Shown: positions 31,390-41,135, counted from the first letter of the stretch. The stretch: 64,000 nucleotides of DNA from Candidatus Bathyarchaeota archaeon (GCA_963772455.1 CAVYXJ010000010.1:352001-416000); one strand, 5' to 3'. A program made the numbers and translations. Notes: a model not told the origin generated them from the letters alone.

Positions 31390-31868
31390 TTGTCATTAAT
31401 TAAAGAAGAGTTAGGAGCTAGTTTTGAAATGTCTTGGCTGAAAGCTATGAGAGAGAAAGAACCACCTGAACCAGTCAATCCAATTGGAACCGTTGTGATT
31501 GGCACTCTTTACCCGGAAGTAATGGACACTGCTAAAGACATGGTTAGAAGATCTCTCAAACTTGCGCAGTTTAAAGCTGTTGATGTTGGGAAAGGAGTTT
31601 CTCCAGCAACTTTTGCTTCAAAGGCAAGAGAGGTAAATGCCGATATAATTGTAGTGTCTGTTTTGCTCACAGCCGCAAAAGAGAATCTTCCAAAGCTAAT
31701 TTCTGCTTTAGAGCTTGAAGGATTAAAGGGCAGAACTGTAATTATTGGGGGCGCTGCGGTGACCAAAGATGATGCAGAAAAAATCGGTGCACTGTTTGGC
31801 GAAAGCTAGAGAAGACGCTGTAGCTTTAGCGAAGAAAGCAATGGAGCAAAAGCGGATCAGAACTTGAA
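31390..31868 (+). CDS. Cobalamin-binding (B12-binding) domain protein lacking the DxHxxG motif; indel near 31805
   Basis: GTVVIGT..., VDVGKGV, DIIVVS, IIGGAAV Rossmann pattern. The tail continues in another frame as REDAVALAKKAM. Confidence 0.72.
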
Positions 31869-32184
31869 ATTTTTATTTGATGAACTCACTTTTGCATTAC
31901 ACGGTGAGAACCGGATAGTTGCCGATAATAGAACATAATCTCTTTCAAAGACTTTCTTTCTCAAAATGCAAAAAACAGAATGCGAGGATTACACCCAAAC
32001 TATTTAGTGGATACATGTTAGTAATGCTTAAAAATAATTTTACTGGTAAATTGGAGATAGTATACCCCTCTCGGCGCCAATTTACGGGTAAAGTACTTCA
32101 GTTTTTCGCCACAAATAAATGAAATTAAAAATTATTTGCACCTGCATTAGCATACGCAAGTAAAAAAAAATGTTTTTATCATTG

Positions 32185-33120
32185 CTATGCAGTGCCTTTT
32201 CTGAAAAATGCGGAAGCTTTCATCGCTGCCATGGCTCCCTCTCCTGCTGCAGTAACAACTTGCATCCCCCCGCAAGTGCAATCCCCTGCTGCAAAAACGC
32301 CCTCTATGTTAGTCCTTTGCTGTCGATCAACAGTTAGGCAACCGGTTCTATCGGTAGTTATTCCTGCGCTTTTCACTATTGATGTCATCGGTACCCCGCC
32401 CAGAGAAACAAAGACTCCGTTTGCAGCCTTTTCTGTTGCTTGTTTAGCGTCATATTCGAGAATTTTTACAGCTTTAACAACCTGGTCACCTATAATTTCA
32501 GTAACTTGGCCCTTAATGATTTCAATATTAGATTTACTTTGAATTCTTGCCAGCAAGGTGCCTTCTATGTCAACCTCTCTTTCATGGGTAACCAACGTTA
32601 TCTTGCTTGTAACATCAGCCAATGACAATGCATCAATGGCTGCTTCTTCGCCATTTCCCACAATTACCACTACTTTATTCCTGAAGAATGGTCCATCACA
32701 GACAGCACAATAACTGACTCCGCGACCCAGAAAATCTGTCTCGCCAGGTACCCTAAGTTTTCGTCTCTGCGTTCCTGTAGCGATAATGATTGTTGAGGCT
32801 TCATAGGTTTGTTTTCGGGAGACAACTTTTTTCATTTCACCCTTCAAATCCAGACCGACAACTTCCTCGTCAATTTTGAATTCTGCATGGAAACGGGTTG
32901 CTTGCTGGGTCATTTTGTCAGACAATTCGCTACCCTTAATGCCTTCTGGAAAGCCTGGGAAATTCTCTATTTTTGGAGCCAACCATGCCCTACCGCCTGT
33001 GATTCCTGATTCTAAAACAACGGTTTTTAATCCCAGCCAAGCCGAATATATCGCAGCGGTTAGACCGGCAGGTCCAGCTCCAATGATTAAAGTATCGCAC
33101 TTTTGGATTTTTTCGCTCAT
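32185..33120 (-). CDS. trxB: Thioredoxin reductase
   Basis: GAGPAG, GVSYCAVCDG, GVFAAGD. Confidence 0.92.
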   Translation of the reverse strand: MSEKIQKCDTLIIGAGPAGLTAAIYSAWLGLKTVVLESGITGGRAWLAPKIENFPGFPEGIKGSELSDKMTQQATRFHAEFKIDEEVVGLDLKGEMKKVVSRKQTYEASTIIIATGTQRRKLRVPGETDFLGRGVSYCAVCDGPFFRNKVVVIVGNGEEAAIDALSLADVTSKITLVTHEREVDIEGTLLARIQSKSNIEIIKGQVTEIIGDQVVKAVKILEYDAKQATEKAANGVFVSLGGVPMTSIVKSAGITTDRTGCLTVDRQQRTNIEGVFAAGDCTCGGMQVVTAAGEGAMAAMKASAFFRKGTA

Positions 33121-33212
33121 AATAAACCCTCAACAAAAAGTAAGCACTATCTAGAAAATAATTTGTTAACTAAAATCTTTCGGATAACTAAATAAAGTAG
33201 AATTTAGAAAAA

Positions 33213-33563
33213 TTACTCATCATCAACTTTGAGGAAGCGTTTTATGGTTGCCATAATCTCTTGCAATCCCTTGGCTGACAATGGGGGATTATATGGAATC
33301 CTTAACACATCCCAACCTTGCTTTATTAGTAAGTCAGTGATTTCTTCGTCGCGTTCAATTGCTTTGTCTTTTTTATGTACCGGCATGCCATCTAAATAGA
33401 TGATTTTGCGTTTTTCCATCCAACAAAAATCTGGAATAGTTGATTTTAAAATGATTTGTTGCTGTGTTACCATGCCGCGAGTTAATCCAGACTCGCTTAA
33501 AGACTTGAAAACTTCGATTTCTGCTCTGCTAACTGTTGGATGCATGCGTTCTTTATAACTCAA
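33213..33563 (-). CDS. DUF559/Vsr-like PD-(D/E)xK nuclease-domain protein
   Basis: SRAE, IPDF, YLDG..H, RD....L...GWDVLRI. Confidence 0.7.
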   Translation of the reverse strand: MSYKERMHPTVSRAEIEVFKSLSESGLTRGMVTQQQIILKSTIPDFCWMEKRKIIYLDGMPVHKKDKAIERDEEITDLLIKQGWDVLRIPYNPPLSAKGLQEIMATIKRFLKVDDE

Positions 33564-33657
33564 ATTGACTCACGAAAGAAAGCATAACATTTGACCCTTA
33601 ATAAATTATATATAAAAAATCAAATAATACCTTATCTAAAATCATAACCAAAATTAG

Positions 33658-33768
33658 GCTTGACGGATCGCCAGTTGTTAACCCAAGACGCGATCAAAAG
33701 CAGTCCCCTAATCCTTCTTTAGGGGGCATAAACGATCCACATCATGGTTAACGGCTGACCCGTCAAGC
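33658..33768. ncRNA. Putative structured ncRNA (111-nt nested hairpin)
   Basis: GCTTGACGG/CCGTCAAGC, CAGTTGTTAACC/GGTTAACGGCTG, GATC/GATC, GTCCCCTAA/TTAGGGGGC. Confidence 0.55.
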
Positions 33769-33934
33769 GTGGGTGTACCTCTTGGATGGCTATTTCTCGC
33801 AAATAAACAACTATTAGCCAACTATAAATGGAATTGTGGGTGTGTCCAGGTGACAACAAACATTAAGCTATTCCAAGAAATTTTCTGAAATAGAAATAGA
33901 AAGAAAAATTCAAACTCAATTTTTCATTTGATAG

Positions 33935-36364
33935 TTACTCGATTTTCTTTTGTTGAGTTTGCCCAGCTGGATATTCTCTAAGTTTGTCCGCCATCTCTTT
34001 TAGGTGCTTATCCACAAGGTAATTTACTGTGCCTTCTTCGAAGGTTCCATCTGCTTGCCTCTGGCCACCTTTTAATCCCGTAAGTACTTCAATGCCTTCA
34101 TCGATGGTTTTAACTGAGTAAACTTTGAATTTGCCCGTATTTACTGCTTCCACGACTTCTTCTTTAAGCATCAGATTTTGAACGTTGCTGTCAGGAATCA
34201 TTACGCCTTGTTCACCCGTTAATCCTTTGGCTTTGCAGACTTCAAAGAAACCTTCGATTTTTTCATTTACGCCGCCAATAGCTTGTACTTCTCCTTTTTG
34301 GTTAACTGATCCAGTAACTGCTATGTTCTGTTTTATTGGTAATCCGCTAAGCGATGACATAATACAGTATAGCTCGGTGCTTGAAGCGCTGTCACCTTCG
34401 ACGCCTTCATAGTTCTGTTCAAAAACTAGTCGAGCTGAAAGACTTAGAGGTTTGTCTTTGGCGTATTTATCATTTAAGTAACCGCTGAGAATCAAGACGC
34501 CTTTAGTATGGATTGGTCCACCCATTTTTGCTTCTCTTTCAATGTCTATAATGCCTTCTCGGCCCAAACCAATACTGACTGTAACGCGGGAGGGCATACC
34601 AAAAGCGAAGTCTCCTAACCCCATAACTGACAAACCGTTAACTTGCCCAACTTTCTGGTCAACTGTGTCAATTAAGAAAAAGCCACGAGTAATCATTTCT
34701 TGAATTTTTTCTTGAATCAGCTTTGAGCGATAGATTTTTTCTTCTATAGCCTTTTTGACGTGTTCCCCACTTATGAATTCAGAGTTATCTTGCGAAGCGT
34801 AATAGTTTGACTCCCGAAGAATATCGGCAATAGCAGAGAATTGTGTAGATAACTTATATTGATCCTCAATTATCCTTGAGCTATACTCAACTATTTTTGC
34901 TAAACCAGCACCATCAAGATGTTTGAGATTTTCTTTTTCGCAAAGACCACAAACGAAAGCCGCATACTGCTGAACTTTTTCGTCGGTTCTGGGCATAGTT
35001 GTGTCGAATTCTGCTTTTATTTTAAAGAGTTCTTGGAAATCAGGATCCAAGCTAAACATCATTTGATAGAGGTAAGAAGTTCCTATTAGAATAATTTTGG
35101 TCGTTAATGGAATTGGTTGGGGCTTAAGGGTTTTTACACTTAGGAATCCGTAGCGTTCTTCTGGTTCTTCAATTGACATTTTTTCGTCTCTGATGTCGCG
35201 TTTTAAACCGTCGTAGGAGAATGGATTTCGCAGCAAATCTTCGACAGGTATGATGAGGTATCCACCGTTAGCTCTATGTATTGATCCTGCTCGAATCATG
35301 CTAAAGTCAGTTGTGAGGGCGCCGAATTGAGCTTCTTTCTCTGTTCTGCCAAGCAAATTATGATATGTTGGGTTGGTCTCTACAACTACTGGGGCGCCTG
35401 TGCTGTTGGAATTATCGATGACTAGGTTTACTTCATATTTTTTGTAAGGTTCTTCTCTCATCCAGGGCATTGGAAAAGGAAACTGCTGTTCGGGTTCACC
35501 TCTCCTAATGAACTGCTGCAGATTTTCTAAAATATCATTTTCTACCTCTTTAAGGTAAGTTGTAACTTCAGAATAAACCCGATATTTGTCTGCAAGACCC
35601 TCCATCTGGTTTCCCAAGGCATAGAGGGCAACTTCCTTGTTTAGTTTCTTTAAAGCTTCATGGATTTTACGTTCCATATCGATTAATTGCCGCATTGTGG
35701 TTCGAAATTCTGATTCTAATGCTTCTCTTTTCTCATTAAATTTATCCTTTATTTTTTGGGGGAGCGCCAACAATTCTTCATCGCTAAGTGGTTTACCATC
35801 TAAAACTGGAACCAGCAGAATACCGATGGGGGTGGTTTGAATAACGAATCCTTCACTTTGAGCTTTGATGCTTAATTCGTTGATTAATTGTTTACGTTGA
35901 TTTTCCAACTCTTTAATTGTTGCTTCTCTTTTGGCAACGTAGTCGTCGCTTTCAAAAGCTTTCGGAAGCGCAGTTTTTGCATTCTCAATGAAGTTTTTGA
36001 GGTCTTCACGGAATTCTTTACCTTTTCCTGCCTGCAACTTTATTGCTTTTGGCTCATATTGATTGCTAAAATTGTTGACATAGCACCAGTCAGGTGGAAC
36101 AGGCTGGGTTTTAGCTTGAGCTTCTACAAAGTTTTTAACTGCAGTTTTTCTCCCTGTTCCAGGGTAACCCGCAACATATACATTAAATCCGTGATTTTTT
36201 ATACCTAATCCGAATTTTAAGGCTCTGACAGCTCTTTCTTGACCGATGATTTCGCTAAGTGGAATTAGGTCTTTGGTCGAGTTGCAATGCATAAAATCAG
36301 AATTACAAATATTCCGTAGTTTCTCTACTGGTAACTGGTTAATCAAATTAAAAATCTCCTGCAA
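33935..36364 (-). CDS. Soluble Lon-like (LonC-type) protease
   Basis: IIGQERA, degenerate Walker A GYPGTGRKT, HRANGGYL, GQVNGL, catalytic EGDSAS and GGVNEK; no TM helices. Confidence 0.9.
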   Translation of the reverse strand: MQEIFNLINQLPVEKLRNICNSDFMHCNSTKDLIPLSEIIGQERAVRALKFGLGIKNHGFNVYVAGYPGTGRKTAVKNFVEAQAKTQPVPPDWCYVNNFSNQYEPKAIKLQAGKGKEFREDLKNFIENAKTALPKAFESDDYVAKREATIKELENQRKQLINELSIKAQSEGFVIQTTPIGILLVPVLDGKPLSDEELLALPQKIKDKFNEKREALESEFRTTMRQLIDMERKIHEALKKLNKEVALYALGNQMEGLADKYRVYSEVTTYLKEVENDILENLQQFIRRGEPEQQFPFPMPWMREEPYKKYEVNLVIDNSNSTGAPVVVETNPTYHNLLGRTEKEAQFGALTTDFSMIRAGSIHRANGGYLIIPVEDLLRNPFSYDGLKRDIRDEKMSIEEPEERYGFLSVKTLKPQPIPLTTKIILIGTSYLYQMMFSLDPDFQELFKIKAEFDTTMPRTDEKVQQYAAFVCGLCEKENLKHLDGAGLAKIVEYSSRIIEDQYKLSTQFSAIADILRESNYYASQDNSEFISGEHVKKAIEEKIYRSKLIQEKIQEMITRGFFLIDTVDQKVGQVNGLSVMGLGDFAFGMPSRVTVSIGLGREGIIDIEREAKMGGPIHTKGVLILSGYLNDKYAKDKPLSLSARLVFEQNYEGVEGDSASSTELYCIMSSLSGLPIKQNIAVTGSVNQKGEVQAIGGVNEKIEGFFEVCKAKGLTGEQGVMIPDSNVQNLMLKEEVVEAVNTGKFKVYSVKTIDEGIEVLTGLKGGQRQADGTFEEGTVNYLVDKHLKEMADKLREYPAGQTQQKKIE

Positions 36365-36438
36365 ACTACTCTAGAAAACTCGCTTTTAACTTTTAACTGT
36401 TTCTGCCAAGCGGCAACACGCTAAAGTTATTGTTCGGA

Positions 36439-36627
36439 TTACATTAACGATTGAACTCTGCCTACTTTGCCATCTACTAGACGAACTTTGATTCCGTGTG
36501 GATGCGTTGGGCTGCTGGTTAGTAATTCTTTAACGATGCCCTCGGTTAATTTTCCGCTTTTCTGGTCCTGCTTCAACACAATTCTTACGTGGACGCCCGG
36601 CTTGATTTGGATTCTTGAAGGCTGCAT
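36439..36627 (-). CDS. YwbE/DUF2196 family protein
   Basis: IVLKQDQKSGKLTEG.V..LLT...HPHGIKVRL.DGKVGRV. Confidence 0.88.
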   Translation of the reverse strand: MQPSRIQIKPGVHVRIVLKQDQKSGKLTEGIVKELLTSSPTHPHGIKVRLVDGKVGRVQSLM

Positions 36628-36694
36628 TTGCTTTAATGCATACATTCGGGGCTTATTTGCATTCGCATGAATTAAATTCAAATGTTCTTAGAAT

Positions 36695-37243
36695 TTAGAA
36701 CACAAATTGTATGAATTTCTTTATAATTTCTTGGTTTCTTACCTCAGGATGAAATAAGACTCCAAAGATGTCCTTTTGTTTGTGTTTTATTGCTTGAATA
36801 CATTTTGTGGACTCAGCTAGAACTTCGAAAGTTTTGGGTTCTTTGATTGAGTAGTTATGGAGTACATATGCTTTGAAATCGCCTTGGAACAAGGGGTTTT
36901 CTTTAAGGGTTGAAATTTCAGCCATTCCAATCTGCACGCATCTAACCAACGGTTCATCGAAGAGTAGACTGATAGTTTGCATACCAGCGCAAATGCCCAG
37001 AATCGGCTTGCCGCATGTCTTAATCCACGTGAACTTGTCCACTTGTTTCAAAGTTGCGTGGTCTTTTAATGCAGTTCCGGAAAGCACAATTTTTCTGTAA
37101 CAACTTAGTTCTGCAGGTTCAATGTCCAAAAAATGTTTAATCCTGAATTCTTCAACTGGTCGGACAACTGCAACAATTGGCAAAACAAACTCGTTAAACG
37201 ACAACGAATCTTTTTTCCAGTTCATATCAACAATAAGAATCAT
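36695..37243 (-). CDS. Class I glutamine amidotransferase
   Basis: PILGICAGMQ, FHPE. Confidence 0.88.
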   Translation of the reverse strand: MILIVDMNWKKDSLSFNEFVLPIVAVVRPVEEFRIKHFLDIEPAELSCYRKIVLSGTALKDHATLKQVDKFTWIKTCGKPILGICAGMQTISLLFDEPLVRCVQIGMAEISTLKENPLFQGDFKAYVLHNYSIKEPKTFEVLAESTKCIQAIKHKQKDIFGVLFHPEVRNQEIIKKFIQFVF

Positions 37244-37920
37244 TTGGGAATCAGCCTTGCCTGCTTAATAATGAAGTTTCCGCAGTTGCCCTTAGCTTCA
37301 GTAGTGCAACTAACAATTTCAATTTTCTGCTTAAAGAGTGGTGCATCCAAAACGGTAGTCTCTATCTCTCCGCCTTCACCTGAGGGGCTAATGCCATATT
37401 GACCCTGAAGCTGAACCAATCGGGCTATCACAAGTGGATCTATTCGCGCTCCAAGCCATCTTTCGTCAAGTGGATACGCGAAAACACCAGAAATAATTAT
37501 CTCAAAATTCTTTGCAACAAGTGTTTTTAGAAGCACTTGTTGGTCATATTTCCAAAGAGGGTTAAAGCACCAAACATCAAGATGATTGCAAATTCGTTGA
37601 ACCCTTGAAGCCTGATATACCGATTCTAAAGCCCCAGTAACTACACCTTCGATTTGGAATTTTTCTTTCGCTTTGGCAATCGCCACCTCCAAATCAATCA
37701 GTTCCTCCTCTTTCTTCCCCTCCGAAACTAACGAAACCAACGGCAACTCCATTGCCTTGGCTTGAAGCTCTGTCACTTCAATATTCGGAGTATGGAACAT
37801 GTAACTTTCCTTATTTTTAGAAACCACGGTGATTAAACAGCTTACTTCTTCTTTTTCTGCCGCTAAATGCAGAGCAAACGTCGAATCCTTGCCGCCGGAA
37901 AATAATACTCCAAGTCGCAT
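37240..37920 (-). CDS. dph6: Diphthine--ammonia ligase family (PP-loop)
   Basis: MRLGVLFSGGKDS, SYMFH, SVYQ, PLW, GEGGEIET. Confidence 0.9.
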   Translation of the reverse strand: MRLGVLFSGGKDSTFALHLAAEKEEVSCLITVVSKNKESYMFHTPNIEVTELQAKAMELPLVSLVSEGKKEEELIDLEVAIAKAKEKFQIEGVVTGALESVYQASRVQRICNHLDVWCFNPLWKYDQQVLLKTLVAKNFEIIISGVFAYPLDERWLGARIDPLVIARLVQLQGQYGISPSGEGGEIETTVLDAPLFKQKIEIVSCTTEAKGNCGNFIIKQARLIPK

Positions 37921-37973
37921 GAGCAGTTTAAAGAAAAAAGGTTGTTTATATTTCTGCTTGAAAACCCTTTTTC

Positions 37974-39164
37974 TTACACTTTCACGTCGCAAACATTATC
38001 GATTTTCTTTAAAATCTCAAGAACCTTACGATCAACTTTCTTATGCAAAACGTAAACCGAGATAGCATAGCCACTTTTTCCAATTTGCCGCGAATAATTC
38101 GCCCGAATGTTGATGTCGTTATCAGCTAAGACTTTATCGATGTTTGCGAAAACTCCTGGAACATCTCGATGATGGATGAAAAGGGTATGGACGGTTTTCT
38201 CTTCCAATTCGATACTTTCGCCAGCGTTCACTGCGTTAGTGAAGTCTCCACCTAAAAGATAACTTGAGACAACGCGAGCAATCTCAGTGGAGGTTTCCCT
38301 TTGGGCTTCAGTCGTTGATGCGCCAAGGTGACTACTTAAAACTATATTGTCAAGTTCTTTGAGTTGGTCTTTGAATTCGGCACCCTCCGTTTTCGGTTCT
38401 TCAACATAGACGTCAGTTGCAGCACCAGCGATTTTCCCTTCTTTAAGGGCTTTGTAGAGTGCTTGTTGGTTAATGTTGCTGCCTCGGGAAGTATTAATCA
38501 CAAAAGCAGTAGGCTTCATTAATGCGAATTCTTTTTCTCCGAGTATTGCTTCTTTGCCGCCCGTGTGGATACTAATGTAATCTGCTTTTGCAAGCACTTC
38601 CTCTTTAGTCATGAATTTTATGCCGGATTCAAGGCAGGGTTTAATGTCGTGGCCAATGATTTCCATTTCAAAGCCACGTTTAGCGATTTGAGCAACCTTT
38701 TGCCCGATTCTACCACAACCCAAAAGTCCCAAAGTTTTGTATGCAAGTTCGGTGCCTTTGAGTTTATCCTTTTTCCAAACTCCATTTTTCAAAGAGAAAT
38801 GAGTTTGAGGAGTCTTTCTTGAGATGCTGAGCATTAAACCAATAGTTAACTCCGCAACTGCATTGGTGCTTCCATAAGGTGCAATTTTTACAACTATGCC
38901 AAACTCGCAAGCCGCGGCAGCATCAATGTTATCAAAGCCAACGCCCGCTCTTCCAACAATTTTGAGCTTACCTTTGGCACCAGCTTCCAAAACCTCTCGT
39001 GTAACCTTCGTAGCGCTTCTAACAACTAACGCATCAAACTGACCAATATCAGCTATAAGCGCAGATAAGTCTCTTTTTTTAGTGTCAGTTTCCACGCCAG
39101 CGTCTTGAAAGATTTTTAAGCCTTCTTTCTCTAAACCGTCATTCAATAATACCTTCATGCTCAA
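37974..39164 (-). CDS. serA: D-3-phosphoglycerate dehydrogenase with C-terminal ACT domain
   Basis: VRSATKV, RAGVGFDNID, GCGRIG, INTSRG, HLGAST, ACT domain HRDVPG. Confidence 0.9.
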   Translation of the reverse strand: MSMKVLLNDGLEKEGLKIFQDAGVETDTKKRDLSALIADIGQFDALVVRSATKVTREVLEAGAKGKLKIVGRAGVGFDNIDAAAACEFGIVVKIAPYGSTNAVAELTIGLMLSISRKTPQTHFSLKNGVWKKDKLKGTELAYKTLGLLGCGRIGQKVAQIAKRGFEMEIIGHDIKPCLESGIKFMTKEEVLAKADYISIHTGGKEAILGEKEFALMKPTAFVINTSRGSNINQQALYKALKEGKIAGAATDVYVEEPKTEGAEFKDQLKELDNIVLSSHLGASTTEAQRETSTEIARVVSSYLLGGDFTNAVNAGESIELEEKTVHTLFIHHRDVPGVFANIDKVLADNDINIRANYSRQIGKSGYAISVYVLHKKVDRKVLEILKKIDNVCDVKV

Positions 39165-39240
39165 GGTCTCCAGTAAAGATTATTTAAAAAGTTGAAGGAT
39201 GATGTGGATAATAAAGTTCTCTGAAAAAACGTTCTCTTGT

Positions 39241-39552
39241 TTATGCCTTAACCTTGGCTTTCACTGTGTTTCTTGGTTTGCGAACTCTTGTAGATGCTAT
39301 ATCATAAGTTGATTTTACATGGCAGTAAGGGCATTTCAACTGTCGCATATTCCTTTGAATTAATGACGTTATGGTAGCGCCAGGTACCCAATGAAAATTA
39401 AAGGTTTTTCTACAATTTGGGCATGTCAATCTTGAAATGTAATGGGGGCCATACCTTGGAAGAAGAATGAAAATCAATACAAAACCTATAGCTGCAGTTA
39501 AGAATAGAATTGAAAGGAAATCGAAGGTCATGGGTTTCAATGGTAAAAGCAA
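39241..39552 (-). CDS. Small membrane-anchored zinc-ribbon protein
   Basis: TM helix, then CPNC and CPYC. Confidence 0.65.
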   Translation of the reverse strand: MLLPLKPMTFDFLSILFLTAAIGFVLIFILLPRYGPHYISRLTCPNCRKTFNFHWVPGATITSLIQRNMRQLKCPYCHVKSTYDIASTRVRKPRNTVKAKVKA

Positions 39553-39603
39553 AATGTAACTTTATTAATCTTTAGCACGCAAAAAAAGGAAAAGAAAGAA
39601 GGA

Positions 39604-40941
39604 CTACGCCTTTTTGGTGTAGCTTAAAGCTTCTTCGACGTTTTGGAATCCATATTTTACTCCGCTGAACTCCTTCTTAAGCACCAAAATATCCACTTTA
39701 ACTTGGGCTGGAGTGCGTTTACCCTTGATTACATCCAGCATTAGGTCGCAAAGGTGCTTGACATCGCCTTCAGTAAAACCACGGCGAGTTATGTCTTGGA
39801 AACCAACTCGTAATCCCGAGGGGTTTTCCTTGCTGCTTTGATCATCATAGGGAAGCAGGTTTTTGTTAAGGACAATATTTGCATCTTCGAGATCTTGGGC
39901 GATTTTATTGCCGCCGCCATAACTGCGGATATCTAAAGCGATTTGATGACTTTTGGTGAAACCTTTGTTCTCAGCGAGAACTTTTACACCGTTTTCACAG
40001 AGATATTGTCCTGCTGCTTGTGCGTTTTTAACTATTTGTCCAGCTAATTTTTGACCAAAAACCTTCATTTCCAAGGCAGCTATGCCAAGTGCTGGTAATC
40101 TACCTAAATGAGTGCTTGATGCGCTAAGTGGGAAAACTGCGAATTGAATTTTCTTTACAGCTTTCTCCATTGCTGGGCTGTTTGGGCTTCCCATGATTAC
40201 ACCGCCTTGTGGACCAGGGAAGGTTTTATGAGTTGAGGAAGTGATAAAATCTGCACCTTCACGAAGTGGATCTTGGAATTGTCCACCTGCAATTAAACCA
40301 AGTACATGTGAGGCATCATAGGCTATGTATGCACCAACTTCTTCGCAGACCGCTCGCAATTCTTTTATCGGGTGCGGAAATAGGAATAGACTTCCGCCGA
40401 AAGTGACTATCCCCGGTTTTGCAGCTCTGATTACCCAAGCAGATTTTTCTGCGTCAATGTTGAACTCATCAATATTATAAACGTGGTTTATGTTGTCTAA
40501 ACCTAAGATGTTGCCTGCTAAACCTGTATAATCATGACTAATGTGTGCACCACAACTAAGGGGTGTGACAACCATTTTGTTATTCTTTGAAGCTAAAGAC
40601 AAACCCTTGAAAGTCGCCAAGTTCGCATGCGTACCCGAAACTAATCGAACATCTGCCCAAGTACTCTTAAACAAACTCTTCATGATGTCAGTCGCATAAT
40701 CCTCGATTTGCGACATGTACTTTTGCCCTTGATAATACCGCCTCTTAACGTGCCCTTGAGCATCGTTTTCTCCTTCAGCGTACCTGCAATCTAGGTCGTG
40801 TGAGAGATCGAGCATTTGATTGACAGCTGGAGATTTGAGTCCTTCGCTTGCAATCATGTTTATGCATTCTTTTTCACGATATTGTTCGTGTTTTTTTGAT
40901 GCTTCTAGTATGTCTTGGACTAATTCTGGCAGATCTTTCAT
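39604..40941 (-). CDS. glyA: Serine hydroxymethyltransferase
   Basis: INMIASE, YAEG, YDASHVLGLIAG, SSTHKTFPGPQGG. Confidence 0.96.
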   Translation of the reverse strand: MKDLPELVQDILEASKKHEQYREKECINMIASEGLKSPAVNQMLDLSHDLDCRYAEGENDAQGHVKRRYYQGQKYMSQIEDYATDIMKSLFKSTWADVRLVSGTHANLATFKGLSLASKNNKMVVTPLSCGAHISHDYTGLAGNILGLDNINHVYNIDEFNIDAEKSAWVIRAAKPGIVTFGGSLFLFPHPIKELRAVCEEVGAYIAYDASHVLGLIAGGQFQDPLREGADFITSSTHKTFPGPQGGVIMGSPNSPAMEKAVKKIQFAVFPLSASSTHLGRLPALGIAALEMKVFGQKLAGQIVKNAQAAGQYLCENGVKVLAENKGFTKSHQIALDIRSYGGGNKIAQDLEDANIVLNKNLLPYDDQSSKENPSGLRVGFQDITRRGFTEGDVKHLCDLMLDVIKGKRTPAQVKVDILVLKKEFSGVKYGFQNVEEALSYTKKA

Positions 40942-41063
40942 TCTAAACTCTCCGCTGGATAATCAACGGAATTGGTCTTTGCAGTATTTAGCCGTTACTG
41001 GGGCTAGATATGAGTTCACGGGTTGGTGATGCTTTTAATCGTGGTGTTGGATGGATGTTATAT

Positions 41064-41119
41064 TTTAGGCATGCCTAAACATTTATATGGTTCAGAAATC
41101 CAATTTAGGTATACCTAAA
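41064..41119. promoter_or_regulatory. Two perfect palindromic DtxR-type operators flanking a TATA box
   Basis: TTTAGGCATGCCTAAA (41064-41079), TTTATAT (41082-41088), TTTAGGTATACCTAAA (41104-41119). Confidence 0.85.
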
Positions 41120-41135
41120 AAAGGGTGTCAAGAAA

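Larger units (their letters stand above)
29359..32079. mobile_element. tRNA-Ser-integrated genomic islet bounded by the 15-bp direct repeat CCCCTCTCGGCGCCA
   Basis: Repeat copies at 29359-29373 (tRNA 3' end) and 32065-32079; no integrase inside. Confidence 0.75.
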
